From: Squalus acanthias
Lineage: Eukaryota
NCBI GenBank assembly: GCA_030390025.1
Contig: CM059432.1
Location: forward strand, 69,504,001 to 69,568,000
Length of the DNA: 64,000 nucleotides
Direction of reading: 5' to 3'
Position numbers and translations under genes: made by a program. This document shows, in pieces, positions 35,046 through 47,990 of this stretch. The notes beneath the pieces were generated by a model, which saw only the letters and a list, made by a program, of their open reading frames with translations, was not told the DNA's origin and searched no databases. Numbering within the stretch: position 1 is the first letter of the stretch; each line of letters opens with the position of its first letter.

Positions 35046-38000
35046 AAAGAGTCTGCAAAGGGATATAGATAGGTTAAGTGAGTGGGAAAAAATTTGGCAG
35101 ATGGAGTATAATGTGGGAAAATGTGAGGTTATCCACTTTGGTAGGAAGAATAAAAAAACAAATTATTATTTAAATGGAGAGAGTTCAAAATTCTGCAGTA
35201 CATGGGGATCTGGGGGTCCTCGTACATGAAACACAAAAAGTTAGCATGCAGGTACAGCAAGTAATTAGGAAGGCAAATGGAATGTTGGCCTTTATTGCAA
35301 GGGGGATGGAGTATAAAAGTAGGGAAGTCTTATTACAACTGTACAGGGCGCTGGTGAGACCACACCTGGAGTACTGCGTGCAGTTTTGGTCTCCTTATTT
35401 AAGGAGGGATATACTTGCATTGGAGGCAGTTTAAAGAAGGTTCACTGGGTTAATTTCTGAGATGAAGGGATTGTCTTATGAAGAAAGGTTGAGCAGGTTG
35501 GGCCTATACTCATTGGAGTTTAGAAGAATGAGAGGTGATTTAATTGAAACATATAAGATTCTGAGGGGGCTTGACAGGGTAGATGCAGGGAGGATGTTTC
35601 CCCTCATGGGGGAATCTAGAACTAGGGGGCATAGTTTCAGGATAAGGGGTCGCCCATTTAAAACGGAGATGAGGAATTTCTTCTCTCAGAGGGTCGTGAA
35701 TCTTTAGAATTCCCTACCCCAGAGAGCTGTGGAGGCGGAGTCATTGAATATATTCAAGGCGGAGATAGACATATATTTGAGCTACAGGGGAGTCAAGGGT
35801 TATGGGGAGCGGGTGGGAAAGTGGGGTTGAGGCCAAGATCAGATAAGCCATGATCTTATTGAATGATGGGGCAGGCTCGAGGGGCCGAATGGCCTACTCC
35901 TGCTCCTATTTCTTATGTACTTCTGAGGACGATGGCTCCTCTGGCGAGTACAGCCAGAGCCAAGCCCACGGCACCATGGGTGGCTCAGCTGTACAGGGGT
36001 GGGGGAGGAGGAAGATCAGGAAATAAATAGTCGTAGGGGATTTGATAGTTAGGGGAACAGATAGGTGTTTCTGTGGCCACAGACGTGATTTCAGGATGGT
36101 ATGTTGCCTCCCTGGTGCCAGGATCAAGAATGTCACTGAGCAGCTGCATAACATTCTGAGGGGGGAGGGTGAACAGCCAGAGGTTGTGGTCCATATTGGT
36201 ACCAACGACATAGGTAGAAAGAGGGATGAGGTTCTGCAGGCAGATTTTAGGGCGCTAGGAAAGAGATTAAAAAGCAGGACCTCAAAGGTTGTAATCCCTG
36301 GATTACTCCTGCTGCCACGAGCTAGTGAATATAGAAATAGGAGGATAGAGCAGATGAATGCGTGGCTGGAGAGATGGTGCAGGAGGGAGGGATTCAGATT
36401 CCTGGGACATTGGGAACGGTTCTGGGGGAGGTGAGACCTGTACAGGCCGGACGGGTTGCACCTCAACAGAGCCAGAACCAGTATAGTCATGGGGTGGGTG
36501 GCGGGGGTTGGGGGGGGGGGGGCGTTGCTGGTGGTATTGGGGGGGGGGGGTTAAACTAATTTGGTAGGGGGATGGGCACCAGGATGTAGCCTTAGAAAGG
36601 AGAAACAAAGTGCGCAAGGGATTGGGAGAGACACATAGCACGAGAGTAAGAAATTAGTATTAGGTGGGGTCAGACTAAGAGAGACAACAAGAAGTTATAA
36701 AAGAAGTTTACAGTGCATATGTGTGAACACATGAAGCGTGGTAAATAAGGTTGGTGAGCTACAGGCGCAAATAGCCACATGGGAATATGATGTTGTGGCG
36801 ATATCTGAGACCTGGCTCAAAAAAGGGCAGGATTGGGTTTTAAATATTCCTGGATATAAGGTGTTCAGGAAAGATAGGGAAGGAAAGAAAGGAGGTCGTG
36901 TGGCAGTATTGGTGAAGGAGAATGTTACAGTGCTGGAGAGAGGATGTCCTGGAGAGGTCAAGGACAGAATCTATTTGGTTATAGTTAAGAAATAATAGAG
37001 GTGCCATTACACTTCTAGGTGTATTCTATTAGCCACCAACTAGTGGGAAAGATATAGAGGAACAAATTTTCAGGGAAATTACAGGGAGGTGCAAGAACTA
37101 TAGAGTAGTGATAATGGGGACTTTAATTATCCTAATATAGGCTGGGACAGAAATAGTGTAAAGGGCAGAGAGGGGGAAGAATTTCTGAAGTGTGTGTTCA
37201 GGAGAACTTTCTTGATCAGTATGTTTCCGGCCCAGCGAGGAAGAAGGTATTGCTGGATCTGGTTCTGGGGAATGAGGTGGGTCAAGTAGAGCAAGTGTCA
37301 ATAGGGGAACATTTAGCGAACAATGATCATAGTATCATAAGGTTTAGATTAGCTATGGAAAAGGACAGGGAGCAATCTAGAGTAAAAATACTTAATTGGA
37401 GGAAGGCAAATTTCAGTGGGTTGAGAACGGAACTGGCCCAGGTAAATTGGAATCAAAGATTGGCAGGCAAAACTGTAATCGAACAATGGGCTGCCTTTAA
37501 AGAGGAGCTGGTTCGGGTACAGTTGAGGTACATTCCCACGAGGGGGAAAGGTAGGGCAACTAAAACCAGAGCACCCTGGATGACAAAAGGGATAGAGAGT
37601 CAAGGACAGAATCTAGGGCGTGTATGACAGATTGAGAATACAAGTGAGAATCAGGCTGAATATAGAAAGTTCAGAGGAGAAGTGAAAAAGAAAATAAGGG
37701 GCAAAGAGAGAGTATGAGAATAGATTGGCAGCTAACTTAAAAGGGAATTCAGAAGTCTTCTATAGGCATATAAATAGTAAATGGGTAGTAAGAGGAGGGG
37801 TGGGGCCGATTAGGGACCAAAAAGGAGACCTTTGCATGGAGGCAGAGGGCATAGCTGAGGTACTAAATGAGTACTTTGCAGAGAGCACTTCAGCTAGTCC
37901 CACGGGCTTGATGGGCCGAATGGCCTCCTTCTGTGCTGTAACCCTTCAATGATTCTATGATCTCCCCCTGAGGCCTCCGACCGCATCCCTCCCCACCCCG

Positions 38001-38499
38001 AGGCCTCCAGTCTCCGATCCCCCCCGCCGGCCTCCAGTCTACGATCCATCCCGTCTGACCTCTGTTGTGCAGCCCCCGACCCCTTCCGAAGATCCTCCAG
38101 CCCCGATCCCGCCGAAGATCTGCAGCCCCCTCCGAAGATTCCCGGAATAGGTGTAACTGGGGTTTTAGCAGTATTGACTGCTGGACTTTGCCGCTCCACT
38201 TACCGGCATGCCTTAACTACGACGAGCTGAGCAAGTGCTGACAAGCAGGAAGGAGGCTACCGCAGCAGTAATTAAAGGGATCATCAGTAATCATTTGCAC
38301 CTGACATGTTTCTGCAGTTTGACTGGCTCTGTGCAACTTTCTGCAATTCCAGCAGCTTTATTAACTTCTTTCAAGGTTCTAAGGTAACAGGGAGTGTTGT
38401 TGCAAGTGGAGAACACCTTCATTCTTATTTAAAGGCTTCTGCTCACAACACTTGCTCACAGTCAAGGGGGCTCTACTTGCAGTCCACCTTGCACTCGAG

Positions 38500-39576
38500 G
38501 ATCTTCGGGAGAGGGAGCGGAGGCAGCAAAGCAGTCGAGAAAATGCATGCAGAGGGAGGAGGAGGAGGGCCAGGAGGACTCTCAACAGGAGGCCTTACCC
38601 ACCTAGGGTCTTCTGAGAGCACTTCTCTTACATCCATTTAAGCGAGGAGCAGTGCATTAGGAGGCTACACTTCACCAAGGAGGTGGTCACAGAGCTCTGC
38701 CACCTCTTGCAACCAGACCTGCAGCCTGAGAGCAGTCAAGGTCACCGTGGCCCTCAATTTCTTCACCAGCGGATCCTTCCATTCTGCAGCAGCAGGCATA
38801 GCTAACATCTCCCAGTTCACAGTCCATCGCTGCATCCGAAAGGTCACTGAGGCTTTTTACACCAGGAGAAGGGACTACTTTGTCTTCCCTCTGAGCAGAG
38901 AGAAGCAGGATGACCACGCATGTGGCTTTGCCAGGATATGGTGGAGGATGCCATCGACTGCACACACGTGGCTTTGCGGGCGCCACATAACGCAAAGGCT
39001 ACCACTCACTTAATGTGCAGTTGGTGTGCGACCACACACAGTGAATCCTCAATGTCAATGCCCGCTATCCTGGCAGCAGCAATGATGCCTTCATTCTGCG
39101 CCAGTCCAGTGTGCCAGCAATCTTCCAGCCACCACAGAAAACCTGAGGGTGGCAGCTCGGAGACAAGGGCTATCCGCTCTGCACCTGGCTCATGACTCCC
39201 CTCCGCAACCCCAACACTTGTGTTCAGCACTCATATAATGAGAGCCATGCTGCCACCAGGAACATCATTGGGCAGACCATCGGGCTACTGAAGCAACCCG
39301 CTTGACCGCTCAGGAGGAGCCCTCCAGTACACGCCGGAGCAGGTGCCACATTTTGTGGTGGTCTGTTGTAGGTTTCACAACTTGGTCATCATGAGGGCGC
39401 AGCCCTTGCCACCAGTGATTGTGGGACAACCTCAGGAAGAGGACGAGGGAGAGGAGGAGAAGGAAGAGGATGAGGAGCGAAAGGAAGAGGATGAGGAGAG
39501 AGGGAGGAGGCAGGCAGCCAATCCCCATTCCAGATGGGCTGCCCTTGAACGGCTCATCAGACTCCAATTCCAGTGA
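38500..39576 (+). pseudogene. Harbinger transposase pseudogene (H3)
   Basis: ALNFFTSGSF, DAIDCTHVALRAP and CCRFHNL followed by an acidic tract; multiple frameshifts. Confidence 0.85.
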
Positions 39577-40870
39577 ATGAAACCCCAGATCCCCATTGCT
39601 CACCACATCCCCATCATACCATCGCTCTGTCATGGAATATCACAGTGTCGTCCTGGGCACAAATTTGAAATGAGAGCCACTACAAAAGATTCCAAACAAA
39701 ATTAATAAATTGATCAAAAATCACCACACATATTTACACCAACAATATGAACTAATCACCCTTGTGCAATCCCTTAGTGCCTGTCGCTCGTGTGCCTTTT
39801 CCTACTCTAGTGCTCCTACGCAAATTACAGGTCATTAATAAGACCAGTGGTTCTAATAGTAACCCCAGGGAATTTATTTCCTAATGTTGTGACACACTAG
39901 TACCTTGCTCTTTTGCTGACAATTTTAAACTTTTGCCCTCTGGTTACTGATTCACTGACCAATGAAAATATGTTTTCTCTGTTTACCTAATCAAGGGTTT
40001 TGTGATTTTGAACACCTCCTCTTAATCTTCTCTGCTCTCATGAAAAGAGTCCCAATTGCTCTAGTGTCTTCTGATAACTAAGGCATCTTCTCCCTGGTGT
40101 CATCCTAGTGAATCTCTTCATACCCTCTCCACCCTTCCTAAAGTAAGAAGCCTAAAACTGGATGCAATATGCTACCTGAAGCCTAACCATTGATTTATAT
40201 AGATTTAGAATTTCCTCTTTGCTTTTGTACTGTTATTTATAAAAGTTAGGATGGCAATTTTTTAAAACCGTTTTATTAACTTGTCCTCCCACTCAAAGAT
40301 TTAAGTATATTGATTTTCAAAAGGTCTTTAATAAGGTGCTGAATAGACGGTTTGCTAATAAAATTAAGTATCATGATGTTAAAGACGTTGGCCGCGATTT
40401 TGCCGGCGCTCAGAGGGCGAGTTTGGAGGCGGGTCAGAGGGTAAAATCGCAAATATTGACGGCGGGGTCCGATCCCGCCGTCAACCCGCCTCCGCCAAAT
40501 GCGGGCTCCCAGACTCCCGATCAGTCCCGCCACAAAGCGGCGGGAGAGGCCCTTAAGGCAGCTTGTAACTGCCTGGATAAGTCTATTTTACCAGCGGTTT
40601 TAGATTTTTCCACTTTCCACGCTGTTCCCAAACCACGCCAGCTGATTGTGTCGGGTTCACCATGTGGCTGACTTCTTGACAGCTGCAGCTGCAGCATAAG
40701 AACGGAGCTCTAACATAGCTCACTTACAGATGACAGAACTTTGTTTTTTCAGGTCTTGAAAATCTTTTTGCAGGTCTACTGATCTTGTAAGTGCTGAAGC
40801 TGACCTCCTGGGGAAAACCCTCTCCACACATTGACTGAGCGCTTCCTCAACTGAGATATCTACCAGCAGC

Positions 40871-42074
40871 ATGGGAACCATTTATACCCTGTCATCCTGG
40901 TCCTCAGATTCAGAGGAAGAGCAGGCACAGGCACAGGCACAGCAGCAGCAGCAACAACAGGAGCGCCAACCTCCTCACCACCCACCTGATGCTGCACAGG
41001 GCAGAGGGCGTCAGCGCAGGCCTGCACGTCGCCGCAGGAGATACCCCCAACACAGGGTTTGCAGGCCGAGGATGAGCTTCCTCAACATGACTGAGCAGCA
41101 GTGTCAAAGGAGGCTGAGACTTTCGCGAGACAGTCGCTGACATCTGCGCAATGCTGCACCAACACCTGGAGCCCAGAGGAGCGGGTGGACACCCCTTACC
41201 AGTGGCTGTCAAAGTCACCACCGCACTCAATTTTTTTGCTTCAGGGTCCTTCCAGGGCTCATCAGCAGACATCAGCGGCATCTCCCAGTCGGCCGCACAC
41301 ACTTACATCACTCATGTTACCGATGCCCTCTTTGCAAAGGCGCACAAGTACATCCACTTCTCCACAGATGCAAGTGTAACCGCGCGTGCGGTTGAATTTG
41401 CAAATATGGCAGGCTTACCAAGGGTGCAGGACTTCGTTGACCGCACACATGTGGCCATTAGGGCACCACATCACAACCCAGCTGTTTTTGTCAACCGCAA
41501 GGGCTTCCACTCCCTTACCGTCCAGCTGGTGTGTAACCACAGGAAGGACATTATGCATGTTTGCGCAAAGTACCCTGGCAGTTGTCATGACTCGTTCATC
41601 CTGCGGCAGTCTAGTGTGCCTCCGCTCTTCAATCCGTCAAGACAATTTTCCGGATGGCTACTTGGAGTCAAGGACTATCCCCTGAAGACGTGGCTAATGA
41701 CGCCGTTGAGGAGGCCATCGAACGAAGCTGAGGAGCACTACAATGCCAGCCACATTTCTACCAGATCCATCATTGAGCAAACCATCGGCTTGCTCAAAAT
41801 GCGATTCAGATGCCTTGCCAGATCAGGCGGAGCCCTACAGTACTCAACAGCCAGGGTCTCCAGGATCATCATGGTCTGCTGTGCACTGCACAACACCGCA
41901 CAGCATCGTGGCTTGCAGCTGCCTGAGGAACAAGCGGCTCAGCGCATAGCCTCCCCAATAGAGGAGGAGGAGGAGGAAGACCTTGCGGAGGCGGATGAGG
42001 CAGCTCCAGCAGCACGCGACCACATTGCTGCCCGTGATGCAAGGGATGCACTAATCTTTGCCAGATTCGCTTAG
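40871..42074 (+). pseudogene. Harbinger transposase (HARBI1-like) with one frameshift near 41130 and second catalytic Asp changed to Val
   Basis: ORFs 40871..41140 and 41151..42074; motifs [28 protein letters not shown] (normally GD.GY), [18 protein letters not shown]. Confidence 0.9.
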
Positions 42075-42345
42075 TTGACGAATCAAACACATGTTGCTGG
42101 CACCTTCTTATCACACCATACACAATATACAAGAACCTGTGGCTTCCTATCACTCTGACCACCACCATTACAAATGCAAGTCGCCCTGAGCCCTCAATGT
42201 GCAACCTCCATTTCCCAGAACACGGAGACCAGACCTTCAACTGTTTGCCATGACTTTTTCATACATGCACAATAGGATGACAATACCAAAAATTGAACAC
42301 AACAAAAGACAACATAGCAGAACACCCAAGTGACTACCCTTGTGA

Positions 42346-44341
42346 CTAATTGTGCTTTATCTTCCTCTTACGCGTGCTTCTACGTGGTGCTTCCCCTGTG
42401 GCTTCAGCAGATGTGGAGGCACCTTGCTCACTTTCATGCTGCTCCTGCTACGACACCTTTGTCAGGCGTCTTCTGGGTTTGCGAGCCTGTGAAGGCTCGC
42501 CAACAGGCTGCTCCTCCTGCGGCTGTGCAGGGGCTGAGATGCCCATCTCAGTTGGGTGAGGACTCTGGTGGGGCTCTGACCGAGGGCTACGCAGTGGCAT
42601 GGGAGTGTGAGCGCTTGGAGAGGAGCCCACACTTCCTTGTTGCCTGCCACCAACATCCCTCTCATGGGTCAGCCCCACTTCAGTGCTAGCAAGTGGCTTG
42701 ACAACACCTTGCTGCACATCAGGGGGGCCATGAGGACCCGTATCTGCATTGGCAGTCCTCCTCAAAAGGACTTCCATGAAGCTCTGGTTTCTCTGCTCAA
42801 TAGCTGCCCATCGCACCTCAAGAGGTGTGAATCTATTCTGAACATTCACCATGTTTTCCTGACTCTGGCGACTTATTTCCTCCATGACCGTAGCTATCCT
42901 CTCTTCTACCATAGCCATCTTTTCGACGGAGGTAACCATCCTTTGCACAGAGATGGCCATCCTTTCCACGGAGGTTGCCATCCTTTCCGTGGTGGTGCGT
43001 TCATGTGCCATTGCCTCCACAAAGGCACTGGCCATGTTAGACATGGACTCCTCCATCGTCTGCACACTCGCAGTAACCCTGGATGCAAAACCTGCCAGAG
43101 ACTCCTGCACTTGTTCCTGGAGTTCCAGCACCGCTCTCTTTCTGGATGGCCCCAGAGGCACAGGGTCCACATGCAGCTGAGCAGAGCTGGGAGCACCCTG
43201 CAGCCTCCGACAAGGACTCTCCACTGCTGTCCCTGTCTCCACCATCTGCTGATGCTCACTTGTGAGCTGTGATACACCAGGTGACAACACTACTCTATCT
43301 CGCGAAGGTCCCACCGAGGTGTGCGTATCTGCGCTGGTGCTGGGTGCGCTTAATTCTGCTGACTCTGTGCCCTCAGAGGTTGCAGGTTCCTCTGAGGAGT
43401 CTTCCGGCTCAGGCTCTTCCTCCATGACAGTGGGGAGAGGGGCTGTCGATGGTCCTGTGGGGGACTAAAGGCATGAGTTAGACATGTTATATTAACGTAG
43501 CATGCACATGGAATTGTGCAGATGATCATAGGGCATCTGATGCTCAAACAGATTGACTTATCAGTCACTCATGCAATGTAAATGAGAGAGATGCAAATCT
43601 ATTCTGTCACCAGCTTGCTCTGCTGCACCTGTCTGACCGTCCCCCACTTCCAGATCCTCATCACCTCCGATGATTTCGAGTGACACCTCCTCAGCATTGG
43701 TCATATTGGAAAAGAAAGGTGGCCCTCCTCCTGTCCTCGCCCTCTCCCTCTTATTGTGGGCTCTCTTTTCCTGCAATGAGGGATACAAGTGGAGTTTGAG
43801 TGAGAATGATGGAGTGAGTGTGGAGAATCCATAGCATAGATGCTTAGAAGGAGGCAAAGATGGAGTGAGGTGCCAATACCAAGGGCCCTCCCTGTGCGTT
43901 GTTAGTTGTTGGCATTGCATAACAGTGATAGCGAGTGTGAGGGCAGCATAGTCGAATAGTGAAGTGATTGTGTACATAGAGAGAGAGGGATGGTTAAGGG
44001 TGCAAGGGTAAAGTGGGATGTGCAGGAGTAGGTTGACAATGCAGAGTGCTGGTGGTGAGAGGAGATGGGGAACAGATTGAGGGCAAATATGATGATATAC
44101 TCACTTTTCCTGAGCATACGAGGTCATTAAAACTTTTCCTGCACTGCACCCAGGATCGAGTGCACAATGATCTGGAGCTGACCGCCTGAGCAATTTGCAG
44201 CCAGGCTGCTTTGCTTTGCTGTGGAGGCTTCCTCCTTCCAGAGGATGGGAAGAGAACCTCCTTGCACCCTCTGATTCCCTCCACAAGAGAATGGAGGGAG
44301 TCATCAAAACGGGGTGAGGCCTTGACCCTTGAAGAAGTCAT
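42346..44341 (-). CDS. Harbinger Myb/SANT-like DNA-binding protein, 3 exons (44341-44105, 43770-43611, 43454-42448/42346)
   Basis: GT-AG junctions in phases 0 and 1 join PRFDDSLHSLV..AWLQIAQAV..RSWVQCRKSFNDL, EKRAHNKRERARTGGGPP and the 325-aa coiled-coil ORF; one in-frame TAG at 42450-42448. Confidence 0.8.
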
Positions 44342-44619
44342 GGCAGCAGTTGGTAGGATGAAATCCAGCTTAAAAAAATAAGAGAATGAAAGAAGGCTGC
44401 ATGGGCCCCTTAAATGCAGCTGGCTAACTGACGTCAGCAGAGGCAAGCAGCAGACCCAAAACCACTAATTGGCCAGGGTAGCGCGCACGCAGGGACTCAA
44501 TAGCCCAATTAGGGCAAAATCTCTTTTTTACCAGCTGGAAGCGGAGGCGGGACCGGAACCCGCCGACCACCTGACCCGCACCCACCCCGCCACCAATGAT
44601 AAAATCGCGGCCAATGTGG

Positions 44620-44960
44620 TAACATAAGAAATAGGAGCAGGAGTAGGCCATTTGGCCCCTCGAGCCTGCTCCGCCATTTAATGAGATCATGACTGATCTG
44701 ATCTTGGGCTCAGCTCAATTTCCCTGCCCGCTCCCCATAACCCATCACTCCCTTATTATTCAAAAATCTGTCAATCTCCACCTTAAATATATTCAATGAC
44801 CCAGCCTCCACGGCTCTCTGGGGCAGAGAATTCCACAGATTTACGACCCTCTGAGAGAAGAAATTCCTCCTCATCTCAGTTTTAAATGGGCAACCCCTTA
44901 TTCTGAAACTATGCCGCCTAGTTCTAGATTCCCCATGAAGGGAAACATCTTCTCTGCATG
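44620..44960 (-). mobile_element. CR1 LINE 3'-end fragment
   Basis: Close reverse complement of 35580-35918. Confidence 0.85.
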
Positions 44961-45211
44961 GGTAGGAAGTTAGCTAAAGAACAGTAAACATAAAGTAGCA
45001 GTTAATTAATGTTTTTATGAACTGAAGGGAAGTGAACAGTGGTATCTATCAATTTGTACTGGTTGGTGAATTGGTAAGTAGAGGACTTAAACTTAAAATC
45101 ATCAGGAAAAGAATGAAGGCAACATTAGGGCATTTTGTATGTCTTAACTACTCTACATAATTCTTTTATGTTGTGAGTCGTTGGGATATGCAATGCCCTA
45201 CCAGAAACATT

Positions 45212-45954
45212 GGCCCAGAAATTAAACACTGAGCGTTCCTGCGGGGGTAAGGCTTCCCCGCGATATCTCACTACGCGCCTACATTTTCCCTCCTGGCACA
45301 CACGAACTTTAGTTTCAAGGCTGCAGCTGTGCAGTGCTTGCGTGACTCACAGACGCAGTTAGTTCGTGCGAGCTCTGGGATCACGTGATTCAGTTAGAGC
45401 CAATGGCAGCACACCATCTTTCATTCATAGTTTTGACAGGAGAACTGTCAAAGCTATGAATACAACTTACCCCCAAAAGAACAGCTAAACCTCAATTAAA
45501 TTAAAAAAAAACCCCATCACATTAATAAAATAACTATAGTTAAATAAATTAACCACTTTAAACAAAAATTTAAATTTTTTGAAAAAATTTAAAATCTTTT
45601 TAAAAGTTATAAAAATAAACTTACCTTTCTTTAAAGTCTCTAAAAAAGATAAACCTGTTGAAATTTTTTTTAAATAATACTTAATTAACTACTTACCTTG
45701 TTAAAAGAGGGTCTTACGCCTCCTTTCTTTGTGTAAAATCTTCCATGCTTACCTGCGCGTTCAAAGCACTAAGTGCACTGCATGCGCGCAGCCTGTAGCG
45801 CGCACGCGGTTCACTTAGGAACCGCCCCCTTTTGAGTTCACGAAGTGCCGGTTTCCCGCGCATGCGCAGTGCATGCTGGAAACCGGCAATTGGAGACCTA
45901 AAACGCGAGAGTACACAGTGCGTACTCTCGCGTATTAGGTCTAATTTTCGGGCC
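45212..45954. mobile_element. Non-autonomous Harbinger-like MITE, TSD ATT
   Basis: TIRs GGCCCAGAAATTA / TAATTTTCGGGCC flanked by ATT; AT-rich core; internal 12-bp stem hairpin at 45903-45933. Confidence 0.8.
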
Positions 45955-47539
45955 ATTAATGGAAGCAGAAGCCATATTCACTTTCAAAGAAGGAAGTGGA
46001 TGAATATTTAAAGAAGAAAATTAAAAGAAGAATGGGGCTAAGTGGCTAGCTTTTTCAGAAAGCTAGCACAGGCACAATGCCCTAAAGTGGCTTCCTTCTG
46101 TGATGTAAAATTCTGTGGGGATAATTTGCAACTTTGGCGGTAGCGGATTGGTGGCCCCTTATTATGTTTTACACCCCACCTGAATTTCCTTTCCATTGAC
46201 TCTGGAAGGGCTGGCTTGGTGCTCCAAGAAAGTTGGAATCAGGATTGGAGGGATTTAAACAAGGAATAATGGAAAAGGTGGGAAGCAACAGCATATTTGA
46301 CGATCTTGAAGAAGAAAAGGAGGTTCGAGGGTATGGATGTGTGGACGGTGGATTGTTTTGAGGAAAGGGAGTGATGATAATTTTGAAGGAGATAGATTAG
46401 TGCCTAAGAAGAAGGAACCATTGTTAAACTCATCTCTTTGACCAAGGTTTCAGGCACTCTTCCTAATTGCTTCCTTCCTGGTTTGGTATCCTTTTCCTTC
46501 CATCTATTTGTAAAGTGCCTTGGGGCACTTCTTTCTGTTAAAGGCACTAAATAAATGCAAGTTTATTTATTTATTCTGGCTCCTAGGAGGCAACACACCA
46601 TTCAGGACTTTCTGCTGAAGGCACAAATCTGCCTATCTATTTTTCTGATTGTGGAATCTCTATTACTAGTGTGTCACTGCACTCCACTTCCCCTCTTTAG
46701 CAATGGCCTGCTCCACGGTGCCCTCATGGATGCCCTCCTCTGAGTTGTTGCCATTTTACTAAGTATCTCTTTGTTAATTCAACAGTCACAGAGGATCCCT
46801 GCACTGCCTCCTGTTTCCTCTATACCGACCCAATGGATGGTCACCCAGTTTCCTTTTTTAGTAAATCTCTCTACCTATATAGACATGAGTAAACAAGTGA
46901 GTAAACTAGTAGAAACCAGTATCAGACATTTTTGTCCTTTTTGCTGCTACTCCCATTCTTGTTTTATGCTAAAATATTGTAACAAATTGTAACCCAAAAA
47001 CAAAACTGCTTGTTAAGGCCTAGTTAAAGACAAATCATGAGAAAATCATGTAGCATTGCCTGACTGAATTGTAAGTAAAAATTGAGTTCTGAATTCTAGG
47101 TTATAGATGTCCTTCACCTCTATGTTAAGGTATGTTGGTAATCTTGCTTTTTCTTTGTATTCTTTTCACATCATAATACTGCAGGCAACTGTTGAGACAT
47201 TATTCTGGTATAAAATATTTCATTCAGTGGTTGCCATCTATGTCATTTGGTTGACCCATGTGGCATTCCTTTTCTGTATTCTGGGGATATTTGAGGTGTT
47301 TTGAAATGTGTGGAAGTGTTTTAGGTGATCTCTGTAGCTTTCATTCACCACTGGAGAGTTGCACCCTTCCAGATTATGAGACTACCACATAGTTGGGCTG
47401 TTGATGTACAGCAATTTTTTATGATTTCTCGTTCACATTTTTATGGAAGATAATCTAAATAGCTTTTGTCATTAACTATTCAGCAGAGAAATTGAGTAAT
47501 GTAATGAAATAAATAACTTCACAAACTAGAGTCTATTTC

Positions 47540-47990
47540 ATAGAATGGAATCACAGAAATTATAGCACAGAGAACATGTATGCTGGGGTGCCAGCTCTTC
47601 AGCTGGAGATATCTGTTCAGTCCCATTTTCCCGGCCCTTTCCCATATCTTTTAATATTACTCCATTTAAAATATTTATCCAGTTCCCCTTTAAATGATGC
47701 TAGTCTTTGACTCAATAGCTCTTCTGGTAAAGCACATTCTAAGAACCCTCTGTATGGAAAAAAAATCTAGTAACTTCCTCCAGAGTCTATGCACTCTTGT
47801 TACCAATTCACCAATTGGTAGAAACAATCCTTCTCTATTTACCCTATCAAAACCTTTCATAATTTGGAAAGATCCCCAGCGTAACCGTCTCTGTTCAAGT
47901 GGGAAAAAAGCACAATTTTCCAGCCTTTCTTCATAAGTATAATCACTCAGTCCTGATATTCTAGTATATCTTTGCAGTCCCCTTTCCAAG
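47540..47990 (-). mobile_element. Old degraded CR1 3' fragment
   Basis: YEERL..LEQRRLR..FQIMKGFDRV..LF..TR.H on the - strand. Confidence 0.7.

Larger units (their letters stand above)
28510..35918 (+). mobile_element. Near full-length CR1 LINE 'B' (inner), decayed, with three nested insertions
   Basis: 25-bp tandem repeat in 5'UTR (28510-28560); ORF1 from 28697 (Cys-rich zipper, GDSIV esterase); endonuclease 29830-32770; RT 33298-34169 (YRPVSLTS, LDFQKAFDKVPH, GVPQGSVLGP, FADD); C-terminus 35049-35800; tail cctatttcttatgt. Confidence 0.92.
27197..37961 (+). mobile_element. CR1 LINE 'A' (outer): 5'UTR, ORF1, endonuclease, RT deleted, 3' tail
   Basis: ORF1 Cys-rich/coiled-coil start at 28161 breaks at ~28500 and continues at ~35920 (SGNH esterase, VVVHIGTND). 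Endonuclease at 36700-37880 (ISETWL, LLDLVL) jumps directly to the tail ...gattctatgat. Confidence 0.75.
26845..39820. mobile_element. Probable Harbinger element (H3) split by a ~10.7 kb CR1 nest
   Basis: TIR-like GGGGAGAATTTT at 26845; C-rich subterminal sequence breaks at ~27197 and similar sequence resumes at ~37962; transposase remnants at 38500-39576. Joining of the two parts is inferred. Confidence 0.5.
40390..44612. mobile_element. Near-intact autonomous-type PIF/Harbinger transposon (H4), 4.2 kb
   Basis: Perfect 12-bp TIRs GGCCGCGATTTT / AAAATCGCGGCC enclosing convergent transposase and Myb-like genes. Confidence 0.92.

Noticed and set aside
41151..42074. Host gene HARBI1
   Set aside because: Enclosed by TIRs with a Myb partner, disrupted by a frameshift, and three more decayed paralogues occur in the window.
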